Shown here in pieces: positions 1-13,202 of a stretch of 64,000 bases of DNA. Location of the stretch: assembly GCA_002633005.1 (NCBI GenBank), contig NMRA01000157.1:404988-468987 (forward strand), given 5' to 3'. Position 1 is the first letter of the stretch, and the number at the start of each line of letters is the position of its first letter. The notes beneath the pieces are model-generated. The model did no database searches. It saw only the letters and a list, made by a program, of their open reading frames with translations, and was not told the DNA's origin. The position numbers were made by a program, and so were the translations under genes. Source of the stretch: Phoronis australis (Eukaryota; Animalia; Phoronida).

Positions 1-2779
1 ACCCATAGAGCACTGTGGCAGCAAAGAAAATTGGTTACCTTTTCATGCCCAAAATAGCTCTGGGATCCCGGTCTATACCGGTATCTTTGTTTACGTCTAA
101 ATTTATTTCCGATATTTTCGAAACTTTAATTGTCAGGATATTCTAACTGTACACTAATTTTATTCAATTATTTTGGTATTGTATGTTCGTCGTTTTGTTC
201 ATATTATTTGTTTAGCAGAGTTTCACCCAGAAAAGCACGCTCGATACATGTACTCGGCCTCGTTATTCAAAGCTGTGACTAATCCATGATCATATGCATT
301 TGTCTGAAACTATCTTTGTAAGTATACGGTATTTATCATTTGAACCATTTATTCCGATAAAACAGCCGGCGACGTCATGCCTTCTCCTTTCGTCAGTGAT
401 GGTCTCGGTCAGCACCGGTCATCAGCTGCAGCGCCGAGCCAGGCTCAATAATTTCAGTCAAAGTTTATTTTCCACATTTTGTCAACAATTTCGATACAAA
501 CTGCCCCTATTTGATTTTATTAAAGTTAAGGTCAGCTCTGCATTATTTTATCCACGGCTGCAATCGCTCAGCCGGCGTTCTTTTAATGCCTGAGTTCCTG
601 AATGGATTATACTTACAGTTTCGCCGTTGGCTCAAAATGACGGTGTGTTCTTTGGGCCTTGTCATGAGTAGCGCATTTATTTAAACTTTTTTTCGACTAC
701 AAATTATGTATCGGTTATGAGGTAGGCAATGCCTCGTTGCTTATAACTTCTTCTAATCATTTACTTATGGTTGAAAACGTGAAAAGGACATAATCAACAT
801 CCGATGAAGTGTTGGCGCACAAAACCTTAAAATATCCAGTTCTTTTCGACTGGAACACGTTTCGATTCGGGCTACATGATGTGCATCCTGGCAAGTGTTT
901 CTTCGTGCACTTTTTTGTCAAAATCGCGACAATTTGCATTCTATAAATAACCAATTAGCGGTTGGACGCAATGATGTTCAATTGTAATAAAGTCTGGCTG
1001 AAGTTTGTCAAAATCCTATTTCATCGCAACTCAGACTAGCAAGAAGTTCGTCCAAGCTTGGCAGACCCTGAAAGAGTTCTGTAGTAGTATTTGGTTTACT
1101 TTGCAAACTAAAGTGCCTGTGGTGAAGTTAACCTATCCGTTTAATAAGCTGCTACTGGTGTACATGTATATCGATAAAAACGAAGTCAACAACTCACGAG
1201 TTACGATGTGTTTACACAAAAAGCAATCATGTGAGGACTCCCCACAAGGAACTTTAATTAGCTCATTCGAGCGTTGAAGAGTGATGTGAGAGCATACAGC
1301 AAGTTAGGGTAATTATGGCCTGCCATTGTACATAACCGCACACAACAGTTCATACCTACTGATCCACATGTTTTGCAGAGGAAACTGAGCGGAATTGTTT
1401 TAGTGCAACAGCGCCACCTTTATGCCCGACTCGTAGATACCTGTGCATGGGAAACAGTAGAGGTTTGTCGCAAAGCCCTTTGGGCACTGCGCAGGCTTAA
1501 ATCATCACAACGTCCCAAACTGCCACAACAATTTTCGAGTGTGCCGCTGTAGCGTAAAATGTTTCACAGGAATAATATAGCTATTAAGGCATGACGTCCT
1601 GCCAAAAAATGCGGGCTTTCATAAACTTAAACAAAACATGTGTTAGTCTTGTAACAAGAACAAAACCTTTTTCTTAACTGCTGTTTCAGCGGAGTGCTTC
1701 AGAGGTGTACGCAAACAGTCACCAGATTCAAAGGTGTACATATATAAACAATAAAACCGGGTTGCAAAACTTGCTCGTATTCAATTACCGGAGACCCATC
1801 TTAACACGGCGTAAACACTTGCCGCCAACAACAGATGCAGTTACTTTAGTCATTGACACTCTTACGTCGTACATTTTCCAATACAAGTGACCGAAGTGCG
1901 CTATCCAGTTTCCACAAAGCAACTTCCTCTGACGGCCAACCAGCACTGTCTCATTTGTCCGGACTACGAGTGCTTCTGTATCTCTGGTGGAGTAATGGGT
2001 TCACGGAAGAATGTTTGGCGAGTAGTATTTTTTTCGTGGAAAAGGTGCCGGTCTTGGTAAGAGTGGGTTTCCACCCTGAACTGTCTTGTAGTCAGCCTGA
2101 GTTTTCAAGTGTACTACAGTCTTAGTTATACACTCGAAAAAGTATACGAAAGACGAACTTCTGAAAAAGCATGAAACACTAATCAGCGCGTTTCACAGAG
2201 TGGCTAACTCCTAGAGATATTTTTCATAAAAAACCACCTCGAGCAGTTACTATGGGCTAATTGCAGCGTACAAGATACATCAGAGAGGGGTAAATGAGAG
2301 AGAACATTCATTTTTATGGTAAGAATATATACTTATATACACGTATGCCGTCAATATCAAACGAATTATTCGTTGACGCAGCAAGTATTAAATACTTCAC
2401 AATTGCAGGCTTGTTCTAACCTCTTAAATAGGTAACGCACATGCTCAACTGCTTTTATTAATTTTAAAACGCAGGAGCGCGAATGAAAAATTAAACAAAA
2501 GGTGGCAGCACCAGACAGCATCCTGAACATATTCCTTAAATATGCAGTAGCTCGCCACAACTTTTCAATAAAAGAAACTTGCTTTGCAACAGAAATACAA
2601 GAGTGGCGACAAACAACATTGATGAAAATGGTCAATGCCGGTGCCTTCAACCAGGTCTTACAAATCAAGTTTACTAGAAGGCTTAACAAATACCACCATT
2701 TCGAGTTGTTTCGCGCTTACGGTTTTCTCCAAACAAATTCCACAGGTTAAGTTGTTGTATATAGTGAGGTTCTAACATA

Positions 2780-3500
2780 TCAGGGATAACGTCAGTTTCG
2801 CTCAAGAGTGGCTGCACATTTCAAGACAATGCAAATGATGTACTGAACTTGTAATGATACCCGCGCTAGTTTCCACTTTAATATAGTCCTAACAACACCA
2901 TCTTTTCCAGGGAACATTTCTAGAACCACGATCATGGGAAAAGCTAAACGTTTAATATTGTCTTTCTTCTCTGACAAGGCAACCCTGCTGTATGGTTAAG
3001 ATAGGCAGAAAAACCTTTGACCAAGTGTGCTAGATATCTCTGGTAATCGTCTCTCTGCATGTACAGCTGTATGTTGTCCAAAAAGCATTTCCACGTGACT
3101 GACGCTCAAAGAGAATTTGCAGTGTAGCTATTGAAATAGATAAAGACATCAATGCTAATACACTTGAGGATAAAATCCTGTACTTCGACCAGTAGAGAAA
3201 AGTGATCCACAGGATTACAAGTACAGGTATCCATATCGTCGCCCACAACTGTATAGTCTTCAGTTAATACATGGATTTTGTGAAGGGTGGTTTCTAACAC
3301 AGCTTTTGCCAAGCAACGAGATCCAAGACATTTCCTGAATCCTGACTTCTCTGATCAAACCAGTGGCATCCAGAATTATTCCCATCAAGGTTAGTGAGAG
3401 GCTATACATTTCCATTTAGGTTCTTTATTTCCTGATAAGCATTCATAAAAGTCTTAGCACAATCTAGGACATCTGCTTGCAACAAAACGTCGAATGACCA
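2780..3500 (-). mobile_element. Degenerate BEL/Pao LTR retrotransposon, integrase and C-terminal region
   Basis: Broken frames give FRRFVAS...AKTF (integrase) and VVLEMFPGKDGVVRT (the BEL/Pao C-terminal DUF5641-type motif). Confidence 0.75.
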
Positions 3501-4423
3501 TCAAGCAATAATTTATGTTGAGTGATTCAATTTAATCTAAATGTACAGCTCTAACACAATTAAACAGTAAAACATGCAGTTCTGTGTCTAGATCAGAACA
3601 ATACAATGTCCCATAATAGTCTAGGACTGATTGTGCGACTTAAATTCGTAATGTTGCACCAGATTGTGAGCAAGTCTTAGTATGCTGTCTACAAGACATA
3701 CAGTGCTTACACGCAGACTTAGCACTCTGTCTTAGCCCACTAATCCAGTATGCACTAGAGAAACCCCAGCGTGAATCATAAACGAACGTTGGAAGCGCAC
3801 CACATATCCGTTAGGTAGAATAATACTGTGTTTGCTCTCGTGTAGGTCGAATCTGATAACTGGAAACGTCCCTTCATTCTAATCAAGCCACCAATGGACA
3901 AGATAGTTACATGGAAGCAATCTTTTTTAAAACTGACAGGGGTAGCTACAAGTGACAATAGGGGCAAGTACACTTCAAAGGGTCAAAGGTTAACCCAACA
4001 CATACACCTGTACATGTATATAGGATTCATTTACATCGTGAAGTGTAGAAAACCAAATACTTACTTTTAAAGGGTACAATCGACCCAAGCTCCCCTCTTT
4101 TCATGACCATTAACTAAGAAAAGAACAGTTCTTGTGTGACCATCAGGTCCACAAAGTAGATTTGTGACACGACCAAGATTCCAATTAAGTCTGAGTTTGG
4201 AATGATCATATACAGCATGGTCGTTTTTTTCTCAACAACGCTGACATTCCCAGACCCGTGAATCTGTTGGAAAAGTGTTTTCAGCTCAAAGAACTATATT
4301 CATTCTTAAGTCAACGAAGGAAATAATCATATAACAACGCACGGTGAGCTTCTGCAGCTCTAATTTGACTAACACTCCCGTGAGCCTTGTCATCACCGTC
4401 ATCCACTTCCTACTGAGGCGAAC

Positions 4424-4699
4424 TTACCCTCTCTTACAGCGCCACCAAAACTGAAAAGTGGTCCGGTGGAAACCGACACACCGAATTCCGTGTTTGAGCA
4501 TCAATGCGCATGCCTTGGCCGGAAGTATACCGAGCACATCCCCACCACTTTCACACGATTTAATGCACTGTATTTGTTTGCATTTCAGCCACTGGATCGA
4601 GGTTCCCCTGATTTTGTTAACTTCGAACACTGCCCGTTTTAATAGATTGTAACTATTCGAGTCAACGACATGGTCATCATAAATGTACATGTACTTCAT
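4424..4699 (-). pseudogene. RecQ-like helicase N-terminal remnant, probably transposon-borne
   Basis: LKCKQIQCI...GGDVLGILP resembles the Q-motif and approach to Walker A of RecQ-type helicases; the TGxGKS itself is missing. Confidence 0.45.
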
Positions 4700-4859
4700 A
4701 ACCGTAAGCTGAACGGGGTTTTCCCAATTTCAACCAATGGGAATGGCTGAATGTTATGGCGTCACTTTCATTATTTTAACCAATGAGAAGCCATGTTAAA
4801 GAACACCCGACAGTGCTTACCTTTCGTGGCACTGCGAAAGAGTGTAAATTAAACTTCTG

Positions 4860-5290
4860 TCATGACCAAACAATAGCATAGATGATATTAATGGCCGTAC
4901 ATCATCTATTGACCAGGCACATAAGTGAGCCATAGTTTAACAGTGTCTGTACATTCTTTACTAAAGTGTGCATTTCCTGAAAAGAGATGAAACTACGCCA
5001 CAAAATTCCATCATTCCAATGACAAACTCATCCCCACTAGGAGCTTCTGGCTGAACCAGAAGCAAATGCGACTGGGCAGGAAGTAATCATGTTCTTCGTC
5101 ACTAGACCCAAACTGAAACAAAAATTCCATTTCTTCTGCCGCGCTTTTGAAGTTCGTAGCGTTATCAGAATGGCAAAATTTGGGTACAGAATACGTACTA
5201 CAGAGACGCCTACAGGCCTGCAAAAACGAAAAAACACGTATGCCACTCAAACTTTATCAAGTTTTAGCTTGAAAACTCAAAGGGAATAAG
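4860..5290 (-). mobile_element. Second BEL/Pao integrase fragment
   Basis: FLQACRRLCSTYSVPKFCHSDNATNFKSA is the SDNxxNF integrase core typical of BEL/Pao. Confidence 0.75.
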
Positions 5291-5953
5291 CATATGATAC
5301 AGTTGAGAGTGGAGTTACCGGTATTTGCCGCAAAAGCTACTCTTACGCGAATAGTCACTGAATTTTTAGGCACAAAGAATTGGGGTAAAATTGTGAATCA
5401 GTCTCATTGCACAGGTCCTCAGTAACTACTTATACAGTGTATGTATCCTTTCTCCGTGTATAGTAGTAGTAGGAACACACTTTATGCATTTTAAAAATAC
5501 AATTAATACAAATTGTAACTTATGGAGATTCCGTGAAGGACCCGAAGGGTCCGTTGATCACGGAGCTACCAGAGTGAAAATTGCAGTTTTGCGTATAATC
5601 AGAATTCCAAAATTAGGCGATAATGTAATTTAAACTACTTGTAAAAGTACTAGAAGAGATTATTGAAAAACGTTACACGAAAGCATTTGGGAATATTCCA
5701 TTCAAGTTCATGACTTTCAAAACACACGTTCCTAAAATAAATTGTAATTAGGATAACGAATGGGTAAATTTTTCTAAGTAACACTTTCAGGAAGGTTATT
5801 AGTAATATGAGGAAAAACATTGGGAACTGTATCTTCTGCAAATGATTTACAACTGTAGCACAACGTGGAGTTTGTAGAAGATGTCGTTGCCCAGTGTAAA
5901 GTTCATGAACAGACCCAGGGGTTATTAAACTGAACTTATTATAATGAAGTTAA

Positions 5954-7505
5954 AAGAGAATGCCACCCGATTTAATTAGTCTTTTTGCCGTGTTAATCGG
6001 TCTATATCCACATTGCCTCGCACGCAGTCGACCTTACCTTGCCAAGAAGTGTCGCGTTAACCTGTGAGGAAGGTGAGAAACGACGCTACCGACGTCAGTG
6101 GTTCATATGGAAAGTGAATGCCGCTATGTTGCGGTGCATGTCCCCGCGTGTCCGAACTAAGCAGCTGCGAGGAAAGCGGGTATGTCGTTTTTACTTCCTC
6201 GAGAGTCCGAAATGCTTAGGAAGTGGCATATGGTAGTGAAGAATGAAATGTACACTGTAAATAGCAAGTATGAGACCGTGAAACATCTCCGTGTCTGTGG
6301 CCTGCAGACGTCGACAGTCCCTGACGAATGCCGGGTTACCAAATAACTCCATACGTTCCGTTGTCTGAGCTTGTTCACGGTGCCTCTCTAGTATTTCTTC
6401 ATCACTGTATTCCTGTTCGAATTGATAGCCTGTAAAACTTAACGATCCACCTGCGAAGTCGGGACTGATGAGCTCTAGCTCGTCCGAAGTCGGGACTGAT
6501 GAGCTCTAGCTCGTCCGAAGTCGGGACTGCGATGAGTCAGATGCCATGTTGGCGTTTATTACTGAGCGTTCTGTTTCAAATGAATTATTCTCACCCTAAC
6601 AAATACTTATACAAAACTGAAACAAAGTCTGTCTCATTAGATGCAATTTGTAATACCTTTAGAGTGTTCGTGATTGCTAATGATTTGAGAAGCCAGCAAT
6701 GAATAAATCACTGCGTTACCGGCTTTAGGTGCAATAAAACTAATTGACGGGACACCTAGGCCTTGTTAACTCATGCTAATTTAGTGTTTGCTGGCAGAAA
6801 TTGTTGTGAAACAACTCGATTTCCATCCGACGGTCAGGTGTTAGGGGAATCTTTATTTACATTTACATTACTCAAATAATGATTGTCAATGTACAACTTC
6901 TGTCCTGACGGTGCTGTGGCCAAAGCGGAACCTGAATTTGCGGCTCCCGACGAGTAAGTAGATTTGCAGTTTCGTGGCTAATTCTACCAACATAATCACG
7001 TGCACATTGCTTTGGCTCACTAGTATAGTATTTTCTTGACTGGAAGTTTAGTTTCCACTGAAATTTGGCTGGTTTATGTTCGTGATGTCTGATCAGTTTT
7101 CGAGCCACTGGCGGGGATAACGAGTCAATCCGGCCGGCTGCGACGGACCTGATCGGGCTCCGAACCACTGACCAGGCTAACAAGCGTTTTGTGTTTAGAA
7201 CTCATAAAATCACAAGTCTAAACAACACAGATCTAGGTTCTCCTGTCTGTATCTCACGGAAAAGGCTTCGAAATTATCTCCGAACAGACCTCGAACTCCT
7301 GCTACGGACCTTATTGTCCTGCCAAACTTTGTAGGCTACGGTGTGTCCAAATACAATGTACCAATAAATCCGTAAGAGCGAAATAAAACAACACGTTTTT
7401 ATCAGAACTCAGTGTATTTTAAGGTGATTTATTGGTGTTAAACGATGACTTCAAGCGATAAGCTGACACCAGTAACCCGTGTTGTGAACTGCTGAAGAGA
7501 CTGCG
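5954..7505 (+). mobile_element. Non-autonomous Kolobok family A, copy 1 (right end missing)
   Basis: Begins TTAA|AAGAGAATGCCACCCG and is colinear with copy 2 (22060-23715) up to about 7505. Confidence 0.8.
6454..6528. repeat. 31-bp tandem duplication inside Kolobok copy 1
   Basis: CGAAGTCGGGACTGATGAGCTCTAGCTCGTC repeated about 2.4 times. Confidence 0.9.
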
Positions 7506-8540
7506 TGACCTGTCAATCATTAGCACGTGCTTGGTTGTCTAAGTGTCCATTGGGAAAAGTCGACGGCTAACTGGGCAGCTTGTAAAAAACATGTAAACTT
7601 GGGTCGTGTTCACTGGTGAAATCCAAATCCAAATACGCACTTCAATAAACTTGTGCGAAATTTAAAAGTTGTATAATGTATGCTCTTACATTTGTTTATT
7701 GAGCTTGTGGTAACAGGTATAATGTGGGACATTCATATATGTTTGAAAAGTATAATTTGAGTTTAATTACCAGCGGACAAGTGTCGTATAGGTCATGACA
7801 AGTACAATGTACATGTACATTTCATTTCTACTTGTCCGACTAGGCAAGTTAAATTATAAGTTAGTCCTAAAGACGAGGAAAGTTAAAAACAACAATTTGC
7901 TTCCCTGTCAGATTTCACATAACAGTTTAGTCATCGATAATTCTTCAATCCCCTAATGATATTCCAGACTTTGTTTGCCGTCCCGTTCAATGATGAACTC
8001 TGAATTCCTGCCTATAATGTACTACGTGTATTGTTTTTAACTCACTCACAAAACGTCAACAAACCTGATTCATCCCAATAAAACGCAAAGATACAATATC
8101 AAAGTTTTGACATCAACGTAGGCCTACAAGGCAATGGGTTCTACGCAACAATTAAAACAGGGGTTGACCAGTAATCAAACAACTGCTGCCCAAAAACATT
8201 GTCTACTGAAGTTTCGGGCTCTTAACACCGACCACCGCTGGCAATTAAGATACAAACTTTTGAAATTCGACCTCCCGCCGTCAAAGAAAATGTTCAATTC
8301 GAACTCTCTCTCAAAAATGTTGGTTGCAGACCTGTGATATGGTAACCGGCCGACTCGCGTACCGGGGTCACCGGCCCACCACTGCATTAATGAAAAAGAA
8401 AATTTCAATATGCCGTCAATCGTTGTGAAAATGTTATTTTTAGGAGGAAATGAGGCAATGAATAACAGTTACAGAACACTCAGCATTCCACGTTACTCCT
8501 GTCATTGTAGCGAGATCTGACGATCATGTAGTTGAGTTGA

Positions 8541-8652
8541 TGTTGACGGATTTTGTATGTGATAAAATAAACACAGTCTTAGACGGAAGCCATCTTTATT
8601 CCAACTCCCTCCACTAGCGCCACCTAACAGTTACATAACTAACTACTCAACA
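8541..8652 (-). repeat. 3' LTR (112 bp) of Gypsy element 1
   Basis: TGTTGA...TCAACA ends, AATAAA on the minus strand, adjacent purine tract (AGACGGTGAAGG). A partial identical copy lies at 14579-14654. Confidence 0.85.
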
Positions 8653-8819
8653 CCTTCACCGTCTAGTTTTTTTTTAAGACTCAAAAACGTTAACAGAAAA
8701 AAAAATGATAAAGCTTATAGAAAACAAAGGTTAATACTAAAGTACATCAATGCTTGCTTACAGCAAACAGAAGCATCCTACAACCCCTGAGTGTAATGAT
8801 GTTACTATGTCTAAAACAC

Positions 8820-10853
8820 TTATTCTAGAAACCGTTTAGGAGTTCTCACTTGACGGCCGGAACGGGTGACATAATAGGGCCTATCACTGCTTGCAACAAT
8901 GGGTGGTGTTGGTGGGCCATTTTCGTTGGTAGAATGATTCTCAGAGAGGTCTGACTCCACCGTAGGCAAATTATTTTGAATGTTAATAGGCATAGGTGTC
9001 ACCACCGAAAGCAGGGGTGGGTTATACACCTGCTTGTGCATGCTCTCAAACTCAGAGTCTTGGTATCCCTGAACTACAGGATTTGATGGAGGCGCAGCAA
9101 GTCTCACTTGGGCTCTATTTCTACGAACCTGGCCGCGAGGTGTGTTAACAACATATGAACGCGGAGAATCATTACCTGCAACCTGCCCATAAGCCCAAGG
9201 ACCAGATTTATTATGCGGAGAAGGTTTAACATAAACAAAATCACCTGAACGTATATCAGGTACATCACATCTGATATCCTTATTATAGTTTAACGCAGCC
9301 CTTTGCCGTTTCTGCTCAATCTCAGACGAAACTAACGGAGAATACGCTGGAGTTAACAGTGACCTAGGAGTCGGAAGAGTACTTCTCGTTCGGCGACCCA
9401 TACACCGCTGTGCTGGACTCAACGTGTGACCCTGCTGAGGAGTATTACGATAGTACAACAACCCTAAAGTGACATCATCACATTTTTTAACAAGGGATTT
9501 AAACACCTTCACTGCCGACTCCGCTTTTCCATTACCCTGGGGCCAGTAGGGAGACGAAGTTTTATGTTCAATGGAATACATTGAGCAAAACGACGAAAAT
9601 TCACGACTGATATACTGTGGCGCATTGTCAGTCAATAGTACTTCGGGTATCCCGTGACGTGCAAAGTGAGCCTTCGTTTTTTCAATTACTGTCATAGACA
9701 ATGTATTTGGCAACAGGTCAATTTCAATAAAATCAGAAAAATGGTCAACCGTTACTAGGTACGCTTTCGAGTTGTACTCACATAAATCTTGGCTAACGAA
9801 TTGCCATGGATACTGTGGTATCGGTTGTGTCAACATAGGCTGCTTTGGGTTCTCTGAAGCAAATTGTGCACATTTACCACAAGCAGAACAATAATCTGTG
9901 ATATCAGCCCTCATACCCGGCCAGTAAATAATATCCTTGCACAACCTTATGCAACTTTCAGCACCAGCATGAGAGGAATGTATACGCTTCAGCATGTCCC
10001 GCCGAAGCGAAGCAGGTACAACAGCCTGTAAGCCCCGATAAACTATACCGTCCTGGACAGACATCTCGTCTCTTATTGACCAAAAAGGAGCAAGTTGCAT
10101 GGGTAGTTTTGATTTAGAATTTGGCCAACCATGTTGAATAACAGAACACAATTCTGTCAGCAAGGAATCAGAGGCTGTTCTTTGTTGTAACTCTTTCATG
10201 GTACTCGATGACAGCTGGGGATTATGTTCAGAGTCACAAAGAACTTTATCTACTCGAAATAGTTCAAAACTGTTAGGCTTAGCCTCGTTAAGAGCTAGAA
10301 GAGGGGCTCTAGACAAAGTATCCGCAATTAGTAGTGAAGTACCTTTCTTATAAATCACTGTCAGATTGTATCTCTGCAATCGCAACATTATTTTTTGCAA
10401 CCTACGGGGGGCTTTCGCAAGGGGCTTCTTAAATATTGTTTCTAGGGGCTGGTGATCCGTGTGTACAGTTACTTGTTTCCCGTATATCCAGAGGTCCCAT
10501 TTCTCACAAGCAAAACAAATTGCAAGTGCTTCCTTTTCAATTTGGGCCCACATTAGTTCATTGGGGCGCAAAGTGCACGAGACAAACGCAACAGGCTGCA
10601 ACTTACCACAAGTCGCAGGCTGAAGGAGGGCACCACCTAAACCAGAGTCTGAAGCATCCACCTGAAGGACAATCGGTTTAGTGTAATCAAAATAAGCCAA
10701 ACAAGGGGCATTCGTGATCATCTTTTTATTTTTTTGAAATGCTTGTTGTGCAACCTTAGACCAAACAAACATGGAATCTCTCCTAGTCAAATCGTACAGT
10801 GGCTTGACAACAGATGACAAGTTTGGGCAAAAACTACCAAGATAGTTGACCAT
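8820..10853 (-). CDS. pol: Gypsy pol: RNase H and integrase
   Basis: 677-aa ORF with LQVDAS...GLG, AQIEKEALAI and TDHQPL (RNase H), an H..H...C..C zinc finger, and TDNAPQY / PQGNGKAE (integrase core). Confidence 0.95.
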   Translation of the reverse strand: MVNYLGSFCPNLSSVVKPLYDLTRRDSMFVWSKVAQQAFQKNKKMITNAPCLAYFDYTKPIVLQVDASDSGLGGALLQPATCGKLQPVAFVSCTLRPNELMWAQIEKEALAICFACEKWDLWIYGKQVTVHTDHQPLETIFKKPLAKAPRRLQKIMLRLQRYNLTVIYKKGTSLLIADTLSRAPLLALNEAKPNSFELFRVDKVLCDSEHNPQLSSSTMKELQQRTASDSLLTELCSVIQHGWPNSKSKLPMQLAPFWSIRDEMSVQDGIVYRGLQAVVPASLRRDMLKRIHSSHAGAESCIRLCKDIIYWPGMRADITDYCSACGKCAQFASENPKQPMLTQPIPQYPWQFVSQDLCEYNSKAYLVTVDHFSDFIEIDLLPNTLSMTVIEKTKAHFARHGIPEVLLTDNAPQYISREFSSFCSMYSIEHKTSSPYWPQGNGKAESAVKVFKSLVKKCDDVTLGLLYYRNTPQQGHTLSPAQRCMGRRTRSTLPTPRSLLTPAYSPLVSSEIEQKRQRAALNYNKDIRCDVPDIRSGDFVYVKPSPHNKSGPWAYGQVAGNDSPRSYVVNTPRGQVRRNRAQVRLAAPPSNPVVQGYQDSEFESMHKQVYNPPLLSVVTPMPINIQNNLPTVESDLSENHSTNENGPPTPPIVASSDRPYYVTRSGRQVRTPKRFLE

Positions 10854-10854
10854 C

Positions 10855-13200
10855 CCTAGAAATCGTTCTACACCCTTTCAGTGGGGGCAGGCATGTCATT
10901 TATGGCTTTAACCTTGTTAGGATCAGCCTTAACACCAGACTCAGTAATTTGNCAGTGGCTTGACAACAGATGACAAGTTTGGGCAAAAACTACCAAGATA
11001 GTTGACCATCCCTAGAAATCGTTCTACACACTTTTTTTCAGTGGGGGCAGGCATGTCATTTATGGCTTTAACCTTGTTAGGATCAGCCTTAACACCAGAC
11101 TCAGTAATTTGATGGCCCATGAAATTGATAGACTTGAGTTTAAATTGAACTTTATTTGGATTTAGTTTTAAACATCTGCTCTGGGCTCTTTCCATGAGTC
11201 TCACAACATTTGCGTCATGATCACGTTCAGCCTCCGCTGAACTGTCTCCAAGACCAAAGATCAAAATATCATCAGCAATGCTTACAACACCCGGTAAACC
11301 ATCTAATGCTTCATGGATGCGTTTCTGGAATTCCTCCGGGGCAGAAGATGCACCATAAGGTAACCTAAGCCATCTGTATCTACCCCAAGGCGTTTGCATT
11401 GTGGTGGTCAGGCTTGACTCGTCATCAAGGCGCACTTGGGTAAAACCATCCAAGGCATCGACAATAGTAAAACACTTGTATGCTTTAGGAGAAAAGCGTG
11501 GTAGTAACTCATGAATAGTTGGAATCGTATACTTGGGTATGACAATAGCCTTATTGATTGTTTGACTAGGATCCAAACACAATCTTGTTTTAACATCACC
11601 TGACTCGGTGCGCTTCTCTACAACGTGCATGTTAGAGCACCAATCAGTTGGCTCATCGACCTTAACAAGTTTGCCAGATGCAACCATCTCATTTAATTTA
11701 GCTTTCACCCTTTCACGTTTTGCAACTGGTAATCGGTGAATGGGTGCATGAACTGGGGTTACAGAGGGATCCATGGTGAATTTTACAGGTTGACCTACAT
11801 CACCCAAACCCCGAAAATTATCTGGATATTTATCAAATAGCAAATCTTTTGNCAAGTTTGCCAGATGCAACCATCTCATTTAATTTAGCTTTCACCCTTT
11901 CACGTTTTGCAACTGGTAATCGGTGAATGAACTGGGGTTACAGAGGGATCCATCGTGAATTTTACAGGTTGACCTACATCACCCAAACCCCGAAAATTAT
12001 CTGGATATTTATCAAATAGCAAATCTTTTGTGAGAGGGCGATCAGTGAGAACAGTGTTCACACCTACAACAGGTGTTTCCTGTTTCAAATTGGGGCCATA
12101 GACTCGAGTTTTGTCATAATCAATCAGCTGCATTTTAAGAGCAGTTTGGTTCCCAAGCAATGCCATTTTAGATGACGATACAACCTCTACCTCAAAAGTA
12201 TCATATTTAGTACCGTGTCACAAATCAGAGTGGCTTTCCCAACAGGCAATACCGTGTGGCCAGAATAGGATTGAAGGCGTGCTTGAGATGGAGTTAAGCT
12301 CTTAATATCCCCTAAGTGTTTGAAAAGTTCGACTGGCATCGTATTGCAAGTTGCGGCCGAATCAAGCTGGAAGGGTATTTTAGAGAACTTTTNACCAATC
12401 AGTTGGCTCATCGACCTTAACAAGTTTGCCAGATGCAACCATCTCATTTAATTTAGCTTTCACCCTTTCACATTTTGCAACTGGTAATCGGTGAATGGGT
12501 GCATGAACTGGGGTTACAGAGGGATCCATCGTGAATTTTACAGGTTGACCTACATCACCCAAACCCCGAAAATTATCTGGATATTTATCAAATAGCAAAT
12601 CTTTTGTGAGAGGGCGATCAGCGAGAACAGTGTTCACACCTACATCAGGTGTTTCCTGTTTCAAATTGGGGCCATAGACTCGAGTCATAATCCATCAGCT
12701 GCATTTTAAGAGCAGTTTGGTTCCCAAGCAATGCCATTTTAGATGATACAACCTCAACCTCAAAAGTATCAAATTTAGTACCCGTGTCACAAATCAGAGT
12801 GGCTTTCCCAACAGGCAATACCGTGTGGCCAGAATAGGATTGAAGGCGTGCTTGAGATGGAGTTAAGCTCTTAATATCCCCTAATTGTTTGAAAAGTTTG
12901 ACTGGCATCGTATTGCAAGTTGCGGCCGAATCAAGCTGGAAGGGTATTTTAGAGAACTTTTTACCATCAACTGACATTGACAAACTAGTGAATAATTTGT
13001 GAGGCACATCAATGGCTACTAAATTCACATCATGAGTTAAACTTAAAGTATACTCAACATTATTAGTTTGTTCAGTCCCCAAATGTTCATGTTCCACCAT
13101 ATTCAGTTGCTTTGAGTGTGACCCGCCTTGTCCTTGACCTTTGTACTGGCTTCTAGTATTTCGACAGACTCTAGCAAAATGATTAGGTCCATGGCACTTT
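10855..13200 (-). mobile_element. Gypsy element 1: gag knuckle, protease and RT region, assembled as overlapping duplicated pieces
   Basis: CHGPNHFARVC (zinc knuckle), FQLDSAATCN (protease), RLPYG and ADDILIFG (RT). Duplicated segments abut n at 10952, 11852 and 12393. Confidence 0.92.
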
Positions 13201-13202
13201 AA

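Noticed and set aside
575-770. Conserved regulatory element shared with 39226-39390
   Set aside because: More simply a dispersed transposon fragment; no ends or function can be defined.
1000-1460. Possible decayed C-terminus of a DNA-transposon ORF
   Set aside because: The motif resemblance is too weak to name a family.
6454-6528. CTGATGAG repeats resembling a hammerhead core or a CRISPR-like repeat
   Set aside because: There is no GAAA box and no spacers; it is a 31-bp duplication within the KolX 5' region and is absent from copy 2.
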